Shown one piece after another: positions 53,677 through 63,313 of a stretch of 64,000 bases of DNA (positions are counted from its first letter, which is position 1; each line of letters begins with the position of its first letter). A model generated the notes under the pieces. That model was not told the origin of the DNA and ran no database searches. It worked only from the letters and a program-made list of their open reading frames with translations. Source of the DNA: an uncultured Arcobacter sp. GTDB lineage: Bacteria > Campylobacterota > Campylobacteria > Campylobacterales > Arcobacteraceae. The position numbers were made by a program, and so were the translations under genes. Where the stretch lies: contig OZ223300.1 in assembly GCA_965140705.1 (NCBI GenBank), forward strand, positions 1,376,001 to 1,440,000. Reading direction: 5' to 3'.

Positions 53677-54033
53677 GTGTATAATAAAGTTAAAGAGAAA
53701 CAGAAAGAATTAAAAAGTTGGATTGCTAAAATAGGTATGAAAGAAAAAGAATTTTCAACATTATATTGTGAACACATTTATGTGGAGCCTTCAGAAAATG
53801 ATATTTCACGATTTAATGAAAAGTTTAAAAAAGAACTTCTTCGTGATACTACTAAAGAAGAAGTTCTAGAAAAGTATTTTATATTCTTATATAGCTTAGA
53901 AGAATTTAAAGCTATTGATTATATAAAACAAACTTATGTTTCAGATGAAAGTTTTAGTGATAAATTTAATGAAAGAATGAAAAAAATATCTACAGATATT
54001 ACAAATAAATTGATTGAAGAAGAAAATGATTAA
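53677..54033 (+). CDS. Hypothetical protein, possibly HTH-like
   Basis: GTG start after GGGGA; IGMKEKEFS helix pattern; divergent from the microprotein pair. Confidence 0.6.
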   Translation: MYNKVKEKQKELKSWIAKIGMKEKEFSTLYCEHIYVEPSENDISRFNEKFKKELLRDTTKEEVLEKYFIFLYSLEEFKAIDYIKQTYVSDESFSDKFNERMKKISTDITNKLIEEEND

Positions 54034-54109
54034 TTTAACTATTTAGATGTAAGATGAGTTGTATAGAGTATCAAATTTTATATGAATTAAATTAAAAAAA
54101 GGAAATGAA

Positions 54110-54589
54110 ATGACATTTAATGATAATATTCAATTATCAATTGCTATAGGAACAGGGATAGCTTCACTTTGTGTTTTAATTACCATGATAGTTACTATTA
54201 GAAATTTTTCAAAACAATTAAAATTGAATTTTTTTTCAGAATATACAAAAAGGTACCAAAATATAATATTGAACCTTCCTTCAAATATAAATGATGATTC
54301 TTTTGATTTTGAAAAGTTGTCAGAGAAAAAGAAAGAAAAAACAATACGTTATTTAAGAATTTATTTTGATTTATGTAGTGAAGAGTATTTTTTATCAGAA
54401 CATAAAAATATTGATAAATATGTTTGGAAAGAATGGAAAAGTGGAATAGAATATTCTTTATCAAAAAAAGCTTTTAAAGATGGGTGGAAAAATTATATTA
54501 ATACAAATACCATTTATTATAAAGAATTTGCGAGTTTTATAGATGAAATTTTACTTGATATAGAAAGAAAAAATGACGAAATGAAATAA
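54110..54589 (+). CDS. Hypothetical protein, N-terminal TM plus helical domain
   Basis: TM helix then FSEYTKRYQ, YFDLCSEEYFL, WKEW..GI. Confidence 0.7.
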   Translation: MTFNDNIQLSIAIGTGIASLCVLITMIVTIRNFSKQLKLNFFSEYTKRYQNIILNLPSNINDDSFDFEKLSEKKKEKTIRYLRIYFDLCSEEYFLSEHKNIDKYVWKEWKSGIEYSLSKKAFKDGWKNYINTNTIYYKEFASFIDEILLDIERKNDEMK

Positions 54590-54682
54590 TGTGACTCTCT
54601 AAGTTTCTTTATATAAAATCCATTTAATATTCAAAGCTTTTTGACTTAAAAAATATAAATCAAATTTATCAATTCATATATG

Positions 54683-54707
54683 AATGGTGATACTTTTGGT
54701 GATACTT
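54683..54707 (+). repeat. Putative integrase arm-type sites, right
   Basis: AATGGTGATACTTTTGGTGATACTT, identical to 46269-46293. Confidence 0.7.
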
Positions 54708-54823
54708 TTGATTGTAAATTAATGTAAATTTATACTATCTATTTAATATTAAAAACTTCAAGACTACCTATAAAATGGTATTTTACTGCTTATTTGTAAA
54801 TACATGTAATTATATAGCTTAAA

Positions 54824-54868
54824 GATTTCCTCCTGTAAACTCAAGTTCGAATCTTGATGGGGTCGCCA
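54824..54868 (+). repeat. att site: duplicated 3' part of tRNA-Glu
   Basis: GATTTCCTCCTGTAAACTCAAGTTCGAATCTTGATGGGGTCGCCA. Confidence 0.95.
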
Positions 54869-55007
54869 ACTACTTTTTATAAATTCAAAACAATTAAATA
54901 TTTATATAACTGAAATTTCAAATTTATATTTTTAGCTAATGTTATTATAATCTTGTTTTACTATATTGATGAAAATATTATATAGTATGATTGATATGGA
55001 GAGAGAC

Positions 55008-55997
55008 ATGAATAATAAGAAAATACCCTTATCAGTATTGGATTTGATACCAATAGGAGAGGGTTTTAATATAACACAAGCTATTGAAAATAGTACAAGA
55101 CTAGCTCAGGGGGTTGAGGAGTTTGGATTTACTCGTTATTGGGTGGCTGAACATCATAATTTCCCTGGAATCGCTAGTGCTGCTACTTCTGTTGTACTAA
55201 GTTATATTGGTTCAAAAACTCAAAAGATAAGAATAGGCTCTGGTGGAATTATGCTACCAAATCATTCTCCTTTAGTTATTGCAGAGCAATTTGGTACTTT
55301 AGAATCTTTATATCCAAATAGAGTGGATTTAGGGCTAGGAAGAGCACCTGGTACTGATAGACAAACAATGATGGCTTTAAGACGGGATACGAATAATGAA
55401 GATTTCCCTTTGATGCTTCAATATTTACAATACTACTTATCTGATGAAGCAGGTAAAAAAGGAATAAAAGCAATACCAGGATATGGGTTAGATATTCCTA
55501 TTTGGCTACTTGGTTCTAGTACCTTTAGTGCACAATTAGCTGCTCAAAAGGGCTTACCTTTTGTTTTTGCTTCGCACTTTGCTCCTGATTTGATGGATGA
55601 TGCTATAAGAATATATCATGAAAATTTTAAACCATCTTCTCAACTAAAAGAGCCTTATGTAATGGTTTGTATCAATATTGTATGTGCCAATACAAATGAA
55701 GAAGCTCAATATTTAGCCACAACAGAACTTCAAAAGTTTCTTTATCTTCAAAGGGGTGATCAAAGATTATTACCAAGACCAACAGAAGATATGAATAGCT
55801 TATGGGAAGAGTGGGAAGAACATGGTATAAGACATAAAACAAGAGAGTCTATTTGGGGAACACCAGAAGTTGTAAAAGAAAGACTTGAAAGCCTTATTAA
55901 AAGAACTGGTGCAAATGAAATCATGGTAAATTCAATGATACATGACCCAGATAAAAGAATAAAATCCTATGAACTTATTTCAAAAGTTTGGTTATAA
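55008..55997 (+). CDS. Luciferase-like (LLM class) flavin monooxygenase
   Basis: LSVLDL, RYWVAEHH, GSGGIMLPNH, DLGLGRAPG, WLLGSS; start at ATG 55008. Confidence 0.92.
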   Translation: MNNKKIPLSVLDLIPIGEGFNITQAIENSTRLAQGVEEFGFTRYWVAEHHNFPGIASAATSVVLSYIGSKTQKIRIGSGGIMLPNHSPLVIAEQFGTLESLYPNRVDLGLGRAPGTDRQTMMALRRDTNNEDFPLMLQYLQYYLSDEAGKKGIKAIPGYGLDIPIWLLGSSTFSAQLAAQKGLPFVFASHFAPDLMDDAIRIYHENFKPSSQLKEPYVMVCINIVCANTNEEAQYLATTELQKFLYLQRGDQRLLPRPTEDMNSLWEEWEEHGIRHKTRESIWGTPEVVKERLESLIKRTGANEIMVNSMIHDPDKRIKSYELISKVWL

Positions 55998-56014
55998 AAC
56001 TCTTTTCCTATAAA

Positions 56015-56042
56015 TACAAGCTCGTATCTTTACGAGCTTGTA
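56015..56042. terminator. Hairpin between convergent genes
   Basis: TACAAGCTCGTA-TCTT-TACGAGCTTGTA perfect 12-bp stem. Confidence 0.75.
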
Positions 56043-56060
56043 ATAAATCTAATATTACGA

Positions 56061-56639
56061 TTATTTTTTTATATCCACAAAAAAAGCACCTCTTAAATCA
56101 TCTAATTTATAATCAATTGCTTTATCATTTGGGTATTTAGCTTTTATAATTGAATAAGCTTTTTTATCTCTATTTTCAAGGCTTCCATGACAAGCTAAGC
56201 ATTTTTTTTCTATATAAAGTGGTTTATAAACTTGATAATGGTTTTCTGCTATTTTTTTAACTACCATTTTAGGTTTAATACCTTTTTTTATGTCAGCTCT
56301 AATCTCATTTAATACTTTTATTTGAGCTTCTGTTGCTTGGTTATTTGGATTTCTTGGTTTATCAGTTACTCTTTTTATAGAAATACCTTGAGGAAGATTT
56401 GCTGCACTATTTTTCATAAGGTTTGATGCCTCTTCTGAGCAAAAAGTTGCAGCTTGAACAACTCCTCCACTTTTAATTTCACTGCCCAAGTGCTTTTTTA
56501 ATGTACCTCCCACTTGTTTTATTGCATTTATTGCCTCTTTTTTAGCTTCCTGTTCACTTAATGTATTGTTTGCGAATGCATAACTTGTTACTAATATCGA
56601 ACAAATAAGTACTGCATTTTTTATATTTTTTAATAGCAT
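56061..56639 (-). CDS. DUF3365/Tll0287-like c-type haem protein
   Basis: Signal peptide, RNP.N, CLACHG, YP.D.A..Y...DLRGAF. Confidence 0.85.
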   Translation of the reverse strand: MLLKNIKNAVLICSILVTSYAFANNTLSEQEAKKEAINAIKQVGGTLKKHLGSEIKSGGVVQAATFCSEEASNLMKNSAANLPQGISIKRVTDKPRNPNNQATEAQIKVLNEIRADIKKGIKPKMVVKKIAENHYQVYKPLYIEKKCLACHGSLENRDKKAYSIIKAKYPNDKAIDYKLDDLRGAFFVDIKK

Positions 56640-56918
56640 TTTTTCTCCTTTAATTATAATAAATTCTTATAAGTATAATCTAGTAATTATAAAAACTTCA
56701 TAAAGTACTATTTAATATATAATTGATATTATGGTGCCTTTATGGTATTAACTTAATTATTAAAAAATAATTTTTATTTTGTAAATTCTATAAAATTCAC
56801 AAAATATGAGATTTAAATATTTTTTTATCTATCCTTCTTAATAATAATATTTGATAAATAAAGCTATTATTAATCATAAAAAAGTTTTATATAAAAATAT
56901 TTTATTAGTAGGTTTTAT

Positions 56919-58040
56919 TTGAAAATAATACATTTTAGTGATACTCACTTAGGATACAACGACTTAGAGATATTAAATGAAGAAAATATCAATCAAAGGG
57001 AAGCAGATTTTTACGATGCTTTTTCACAAATAGTTGATGATATAGAAAATATCAAACCAGATTTTATAATACATACAGGCGACCTTTTTCATAGAAGCTC
57101 TCCAAGTAATAGAGCTATAACCTTTGCTCTAAAAGAGTTTAAAAGACTTGATAAACTAAATATCCCTATCATCATGATAGCTGGAAACCATTCTACACCT
57201 AGGACAAATCTTAGCTCTCCAATTTTAAAGATATTTGATGAGTTTGAAAATGTACATGTATCATATGAACAAAACTACAAAAAAATAGAGTTTGGTGATA
57301 TAGTTTTCCATACTTTACCACATATGAATGATGAAACAAAAGCAGAAGATGAGATAAACTTATGTGAAAAAAACATCAACCCTGATAAAAGAAATATCAT
57401 GATGATGCACTGTTCTGTTGGAGCTTGGTATTTGATGCAAGAGTTTGGGGAATGGGTTTATCCTACAGATAAAGAGTATATCTTTGAAAAGATGGATTAT
57501 GTAGCACTTGGACATTGGCATGGTTTTGGCTCTGTGGGCAAACATAAAAATGTATACTATAGTGGAAGTAGTGAGCGTACAAGTTTAAATGACAAACGAA
57601 ACTCAAAAGGTTATGCCCTTGTAAACTTAGGCGATAAATTAGAGGTAGAATACAAAGAGATAAAAATACGACCAATCATATCCAAAACAATAGATTGTGA
57701 AAACTATCAAAATGCACTTGATACTTTAGATACAAGCGATACAAAAGATGCCATAGTAGAAGTAAAACTTCAAAACCTAACAACCATGCAATCAATAGAT
57801 ATACAAAACCAAGAGATAAAAGCACTTTTCCCGCTTGCTATGAGTGTAAGTGTAAAAAGAGAGTTCAAAAAAGATACAAATGAGGGTAATACTCTAGATG
57901 ATATTCAAGCTTTATCTTTAGAGGAGTACTTTTTAGACCATATCAAGGAACAAAGCGATAATAAAGAGTTTGATAGACTAAAACCAAAAATTCAAGAACT
58001 ATTTAGCAAGTACGAGGAGGCTTATGATGATACTTTGTAA
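56919..58040 (+). CDS. sbcD: SbcD/Mre11 nuclease
   Basis: HFSDTHLG, HTGDLF, AGNH, DYVALGHWH, YSGS.ER. Confidence 0.9.
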   Translation: MKIIHFSDTHLGYNDLEILNEENINQREADFYDAFSQIVDDIENIKPDFIIHTGDLFHRSSPSNRAITFALKEFKRLDKLNIPIIMIAGNHSTPRTNLSSPILKIFDEFENVHVSYEQNYKKIEFGDIVFHTLPHMNDETKAEDEINLCEKNINPDKRNIMMMHCSVGAWYLMQEFGEWVYPTDKEYIFEKMDYVALGHWHGFGSVGKHKNVYYSGSSERTSLNDKRNSKGYALVNLGDKLEVEYKEIKIRPIISKTIDCENYQNALDTLDTSDTKDAIVEVKLQNLTTMQSIDIQNQEIKALFPLAMSVSVKREFKKDTNEGNTLDDIQALSLEEYFLDHIKEQSDNKEFDRLKPKIQELFSKYEEAYDDTL

Positions 58041-60396
58041 GCTAAAACTTGAAAATTTCAAGCGGTACAAAACTTTTGAACTAGATTTTGATGAGGGATT
58101 AGTTGGAATCATAGGTAAAAATGGAAGTGGAAAATCCACTATCTTCGAAGCGATACTTTTTGCACTTTATGGGGAGTTTAAAGATAGAGGTTATAAAGAG
58201 ATTGTAAGAAATGCCAATGCCACAGATAAAGACGCTGTAGTAGTAGAACTAAACTTTGAATTTGACTCAATAGAGTATAAAGTAGTACGAGAATTCAGAG
58301 GAAAAGCCCTAAGTGCCAATGCCAAACTTTATAAAAATGATGAACTAATAACAAGTGGTGCCAAAGAAGTAACTACAAGTATCATGAAGCTAACAAAGAT
58401 GAGTAAAGAAGCCTTTTTACATACATTATTTGCTAGTCAAAAAGAGCTAACAAGTCTTAGTAATAGCAAATCAGAAGATAGAAAAAGAATGATAAGAAAG
58501 CTTTTAGGCTTAGAAAAAATAGACTACATAGAAAAAGAGCTCATAGAAAAGAGCAGGGAACTAAAAAGAGAGATTTCAGCCTTTGCAGAAGTGCTTTTAA
58601 GCATAGAAGATATCCAAATAAAAAAAGAGCAAATAAAAGCAAATGAAGCCATCAAAAAAACTCTAAATGAAGAGCTACAAACCCAAAGTAAACAAATAGA
58701 TAGTCTAAAACTAAAAGAGCTAGAGATAAAAAAAGAGCTAGAAAGTTTTGCTAAAACAAAAGAGGCAAAACAAAAAGCCCTAAGTGAACTAAATCTTCTA
58801 AAAAACAGTATCAATTCAAATATAGAAAATCAAAACAAACTCTCAACTGAACTAAAAGACCTAGAAGAAAAACAACACCAATATAAAGCCCTAGAGCCTA
58901 TAAAAAAAGAGTATGAAACCCTACAAACAAGTCTAAAAGAGCAAATCCAACTAAAAGAGTACAGCCTAAAAAAAGAGGGCTTGATAAAAGAGCAAGTTCA
59001 ATTAAGAGAGCAATACAAAAAAGCCAAAAATGACATAGCCCTTTTGCAAAAAGAGTGTGAAGGTTTTGACTCACTAAAACAAAAAGATCAAGAAACAAAA
59101 ACCCAACAAGAGCAAATCAAACAAACCCTAACACAAATACAAGCAAAAGAAAAAGAGTTAAACTCAAATATCTTTGCAGAACAAAGAGTGATAAATGACA
59201 CCACAGCCAAAATACAACAAATCCAAGCCCTAGGCAAAGAATCCAACTGCCCAACCTGTACAAGACCACTCTTAGAAGAGTATGACAATGTAATAGGCTC
59301 GTTAAACTCAACCATAAATGAAATACAAAGAAACAAAATTACAAAGCTAAATAAACAGCTACAAGAAGTAGAAACAAATAAAAAAACAATAGAAACCCAA
59401 AAAGAGCAAATAGACAAAAATTTGAGTGAACTAAACTCACAACTAGCACTTATAAACAGTAAACAAAAAGATTTACAAAACCTATCAAGTCATCTAAACA
59501 ATGTAGAGCAAAAAGGCAAAGAAAACAACGATGAAATAGCCAAACTAGATAAATACAGTTACGATGAAAACAAACACAAAACACTAGAAAATAGTTTTAA
59601 TGAAATCCAACCAAAATATGAGCAAATGAAATCATTAGAAACCATGCTAAAAAGATATGATAGTGTAAAACAAGACCTAGAAAACATCACTAAAAAAATC
59701 ACAGAGCAAAACAGCACTTACGATAAAAAAGAGATAGACTACAAACAAATAGCCTACGATGAGACAGCCCACACAGCTAAACAAAAAGAGTACGAAGAAC
59801 ATCATCAAACTTATGAGTTAAAAGTAAACCAAATAAATGAAATCAAAGTCAAAATAGCCCAATGTGAAGGTGAAATAAAAACCATCCAATCAAACCTAGA
59901 CAACAACGAAATCCAACTAAAAAAAGTACAAACAAAAAAAGACGACCTAATCGACTACGACAAAATCAAAGTAAGCCTAAGTGAATTTAAAACAAAACTA
60001 AACTCAAAAGTAGCCCCAAGAATATCAGATATAGCCTCAACCATGTACGCCCAAATCACAAAAGGCAAATACCAACACATAGAAGTATCAAACGACTTCG
60101 ACTTTTATATCTACGATGAAGGTAAAAAGTACCCAATAGAGAGATTCTCAGGTGGAGAAATAGACCTAGCAAACCTAGTATTGCGAATTGCCATATCAAA
60201 AACCCTAAGCGAACTAAGCGGAAGCTCACAAATAGGCTTCTTAGCCTTCGACGAAGTATTTGGAAGCCAAGACGAGGCAAGAAGAATGGAGATACTAGAA
60301 GCCTTTCATATGATAAAAGAACAGTATCGACAAATCTTCCTTATTTCTCATGAGATGGAGATAAAGGAGATGTTTGAACATATAGTTGAGTTATAA
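58024..60396 (+). CDS. sbcC: SbcC/Rad50 SMC-like ATPase
   Basis: GKNGSGKST, coiled coil with CPTC zinc hook, FSGGE, FDEVFGSQD, ISH. Confidence 0.9.
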   Translation: MMILCKLKLENFKRYKTFELDFDEGLVGIIGKNGSGKSTIFEAILFALYGEFKDRGYKEIVRNANATDKDAVVVELNFEFDSIEYKVVREFRGKALSANAKLYKNDELITSGAKEVTTSIMKLTKMSKEAFLHTLFASQKELTSLSNSKSEDRKRMIRKLLGLEKIDYIEKELIEKSRELKREISAFAEVLLSIEDIQIKKEQIKANEAIKKTLNEELQTQSKQIDSLKLKELEIKKELESFAKTKEAKQKALSELNLLKNSINSNIENQNKLSTELKDLEEKQHQYKALEPIKKEYETLQTSLKEQIQLKEYSLKKEGLIKEQVQLREQYKKAKNDIALLQKECEGFDSLKQKDQETKTQQEQIKQTLTQIQAKEKELNSNIFAEQRVINDTTAKIQQIQALGKESNCPTCTRPLLEEYDNVIGSLNSTINEIQRNKITKLNKQLQEVETNKKTIETQKEQIDKNLSELNSQLALINSKQKDLQNLSSHLNNVEQKGKENNDEIAKLDKYSYDENKHKTLENSFNEIQPKYEQMKSLETMLKRYDSVKQDLENITKKITEQNSTYDKKEIDYKQIAYDETAHTAKQKEYEEHHQTYELKVNQINEIKVKIAQCEGEIKTIQSNLDNNEIQLKKVQTKKDDLIDYDKIKVSLSEFKTKLNSKVAPRISDIASTMYAQITKGKYQHIEVSNDFDFYIYDEGKKYPIERFSGGEIDLANLVLRIAISKTLSELSGSSQIGFLAFDEVFGSQDEARRMEILEAFHMIKEQYRQIFLISHEMEIKEMFEHIVEL

Positions 60397-60514
60397 CCAT
60401 CATCTTTTTGCCCAACTCAGCGTTGAAGCTCGAATTTAAATGCTCACGTACTACTTGTACGCTCCGCTTGAAATTCAATCTTCGCCTTGATTAGGACAGA
60501 ATATGATGGTTATT
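60392..60514. repeat. Second ERIC/IRU-like palindromic element
   Basis: Terminal IR ATAACCATCAT/ATGATGGTTAT; GCGTT..CTCACGTACT..GTACGCTCC..CGCCTTGA. Confidence 0.7.
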
Positions 60515-60515
60515 G

Positions 60516-60602
60516 GGTGTAATTTTCCATGTGGAAGTGTAAATAAAAGAAATAAAGTTCGAGCGTAAGGGTGATGGAATTAGTGATTTGGATTTGAATT
60601 AA
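60516..60602 (+). pseudogene. Degenerate 3' remnant of E. coli-type sbcC
   Basis: GVIFHVEV*IKEIKFERKGDGISDLDLN* aligns with GVISHVEALKERIPLQIKVESKGDGTSGLNL* at 46730-46825. Confidence 0.75.
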
Positions 60603-60613
60603 AGGAGTTGTTA

Positions 60614-63313
60614 GTGAAAAAAGTAGATTTGGCTATTTTAGAGGTAAATGAAGTAATATGTGAAAATATTAGTATTTTTGATGATTCAAAAAGAGGTCTA
60701 TTATCTCAAAATATATTATCTCAACTTAGAAATTTTGTTGAACATGTTTCTTTAAAAGCATATAGTCAAGGTCGAGACCTTGATGTTATATATCAAAATA
60801 TAGAAAATGCTATGACCTTTGTTAAATCAAATGGAAATCTAAAGTTTTTATCTAAGTTTCATAAATTTCTACAACCTGTAGCATCACACTATACAATGGA
60901 TAAAGAAAATTCAGAAAGGCTGATGTTAAAGTACTATGAGTACTTATTAAAAATCAAATCCTATTTAAAGAAACACCACAATTTAGAAGTATTAGGGAAT
61001 ATAGATGATTTTCCAATTGATACTGACTCTACAACAAAAGAATATTATGAAAAAATAGCTGAGAAAATAAACCAATATAACCTGAGAAACTCAGATAATG
61101 AAAGATACTATATTCAAAAAGTAAAACCTTTTTTTGTCAACCATGAAGTATATTACGAAGTGACTTTCTATAGAGCTAACGACTATACAAGTAAAACTGA
61201 TAGGATAATTGCTTTTACAAAACATGATATACTACCAAATTATGCTGTAAAACTTATGATTAGTAATAATACTATCTATGTTTTGGATAAAGATATGCCA
61301 ATATATATTATTACAGATTGGGAAGTTTCAATTAGACCTTGTGAGATCAACAATTTTGCAGATATATTTGGACCGCACCCTAAAATGGTTGCTGCTAATA
61401 AAGAGTATCAAAATCTAATGCAATTCCTAACAAGAACGGGTCTAGATATAATAGAGTTATTAAACACTGACGATTCTTATTACTTACCTATAAAAACGAG
61501 AATGACTGCTGAAGTTAAAGTTACAAACTTATTTAATGTTTTAGACAAATGTCGCAGTTTTATAAAGAAGAATAAATCAGGTAGTAATATAATAAGATAT
61601 CTATTATATAAAATGAACAATAAAGTTATAAAAAGTCAACGTAATTATGAGGAATGTAAATTATTATCTAATTTATACCTTAACTGGGGTTGTTTACCTT
61701 TTGATCAAATGCCTTTTAACTCTGCTTTAATTAATCATAATCCAAGAGTATATGATTTATTTGATTGTCTTGATTCAAAAAATAGAGAACATGAAATTCT
61801 TGCCAGACTTATAGAAAATAACACTGTGCAAAAAGGAAATTTATTCACTTTTAAAGAAGATATTAAAAACTTTAAAGATATAGAGACTCTTGTTAAAAGG
61901 TATAATAGTAAAGTATATTATAAACACCCTCATCGTAAGATTGATACTTATAAAAATTTCCTTTATATTAGAGGATATGAAGAAGATACAATAAAAATTA
62001 TTGATGAATTAAAAGAACTATCTTCTCAAGGTCTTCAAGACTATTCAAAATCAGTTGATTCATGGCTAGAAGAAAATCCAAATCTTATAGATTGTAAAGA
62101 TAAAAAGAAATCTCTAAGACTAATGTTTGAAAATTCAAAAGTAGCATTAATTTATGGATCAGCAGGAACTGGTAAATCAACAATGATAAATCATATATCT
62201 AATTTTTTTAATAATCGATCAAAATTATATTTAGCACATACTAATCCTGCTATAGATAATCTAAAGAGAAAAGTTCATGCATCAAATGGTGAATTTAAGA
62301 CAATTGCAAGTTTTTTAGCAAGCAATAGGATTCAAGCAGAGTTTGACATATTAATTATTGATGAGTGTAGTACTGTTAGTAACTCAGAAATGAAAAAAAT
62401 TATAGAAAAAGCTTCTTTTCAACTATTAGTTTTAGTGGGAGATACTTTTCAGATTGAATCAATAAATTTTGGAAATTGGTTTAGTATCGCACAAAGCTTT
62501 ATTCATAAAAGTTCCATCACTAAATTAACTAAACCATATAGAAGTGATAACAAGCAATTACTTGATTTATGGGAAAAAGTAAGAAATCTTGAAGGTGATA
62601 TTCTTGAACAATTAACAAAATATAAATATACAATTAGACTAGACAGTTCTATATTTGAACATTTTGAGAAAGATGAAATCATTTTATGTTTAAATTATGA
62701 TGGTCTTTATGGTATTAATAATATCAATAAGTTTTTACAAGCTAATAATGAAAATACTCCTATTAAATGGGGAGATCATATTTATAAAATTAATGATCCT
62801 ATTTTATTTAATGATACAAAAAGATTTGGACCATCAATTTATAATAACTTAAAAGGAAGAATTACTAATATAGAACTATCTAATGAAAAAATCTATTTTG
62901 AAGTTGAGATAGAAAAGATAATTAATGAAATGGATGCTATGTTTCAAGATTTTGAATTAGTTGAAAGTGAACATACTAAAAAATCAGTTATAGGTTTTTT
63001 TGTAAATAAACATAAAAGTGGTGATGAAGATGATGATTCATCAGATGCAGTTATGCCTTTTCAAGTTGCTTATGCAGTTTCAATTCATAAAGCTCAAGGC
63101 TTAGAATATAGTTCTGTTAAAATTATAATAACTGATGAAGTTGAAGAAATGATAAATCATAATATTTTTTATACGGCTATAACAAGAGCAAAAGATAAAT
63201 TAAAAATATATTGGTCTCCTGAAACTGAAAATAAAATACTAAAAAATTTACAAATAAGAGATAGTAATAAAGATGTAAATTTATTAAAATCTAAATATAA
63301 AGAAGTACTTTAA
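60614..63313 (+). CDS. SF1B RecD/Pif1-like helicase with long uncharacterised N-terminus
   Basis: GSAGTGKST, IIDECS, GD..QI, YRS, AYAVSIHKAQGLEY, FYTAITRAK; AGGAG spacing favours GTG 60614 (track start 60608). Confidence 0.85.
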   Translation: MKKVDLAILEVNEVICENISIFDDSKRGLLSQNILSQLRNFVEHVSLKAYSQGRDLDVIYQNIENAMTFVKSNGNLKFLSKFHKFLQPVASHYTMDKENSERLMLKYYEYLLKIKSYLKKHHNLEVLGNIDDFPIDTDSTTKEYYEKIAEKINQYNLRNSDNERYYIQKVKPFFVNHEVYYEVTFYRANDYTSKTDRIIAFTKHDILPNYAVKLMISNNTIYVLDKDMPIYIITDWEVSIRPCEINNFADIFGPHPKMVAANKEYQNLMQFLTRTGLDIIELLNTDDSYYLPIKTRMTAEVKVTNLFNVLDKCRSFIKKNKSGSNIIRYLLYKMNNKVIKSQRNYEECKLLSNLYLNWGCLPFDQMPFNSALINHNPRVYDLFDCLDSKNREHEILARLIENNTVQKGNLFTFKEDIKNFKDIETLVKRYNSKVYYKHPHRKIDTYKNFLYIRGYEEDTIKIIDELKELSSQGLQDYSKSVDSWLEENPNLIDCKDKKKSLRLMFENSKVALIYGSAGTGKSTMINHISNFFNNRSKLYLAHTNPAIDNLKRKVHASNGEFKTIASFLASNRIQAEFDILIIDECSTVSNSEMKKIIEKASFQLLVLVGDTFQIESINFGNWFSIAQSFIHKSSITKLTKPYRSDNKQLLDLWEKVRNLEGDILEQLTKYKYTIRLDSSIFEHFEKDEIILCLNYDGLYGINNINKFLQANNENTPIKWGDHIYKINDPILFNDTKRFGPSIYNNLKGRITNIELSNEKIYFEVEIEKIINEMDAMFQDFELVESEHTKKSVIGFFVNKHKSGDEDDDSSDAVMPFQVAYAVSIHKAQGLEYSSVKIIITDEVEEMINHNIFYTAITRAKDKLKIYWSPETENKILKNLQIRDSNKDVNLLKSKYKEVL

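Larger units (their letters stand above)
46157..54868. mobile_element. tRNA-Glu-integrated genomic island (about 8.7 kb), no integrase
   Basis: Exact 45-bp direct repeat of the tRNA 3' part at 46157-46201 and 54824-54868. Confidence 0.9.

Noticed and set aside
51887..54589. Integron cassette array
   Set aside because: No integron integrase and no attC-like sites; genes abut with almost no spacers.
58500..60340. Diversity-generating retroelement as cause of the T-poor tract
   Set aside because: No reverse transcriptase and no TR/VR repeat pair in the window; the shift is at synonymous positions.
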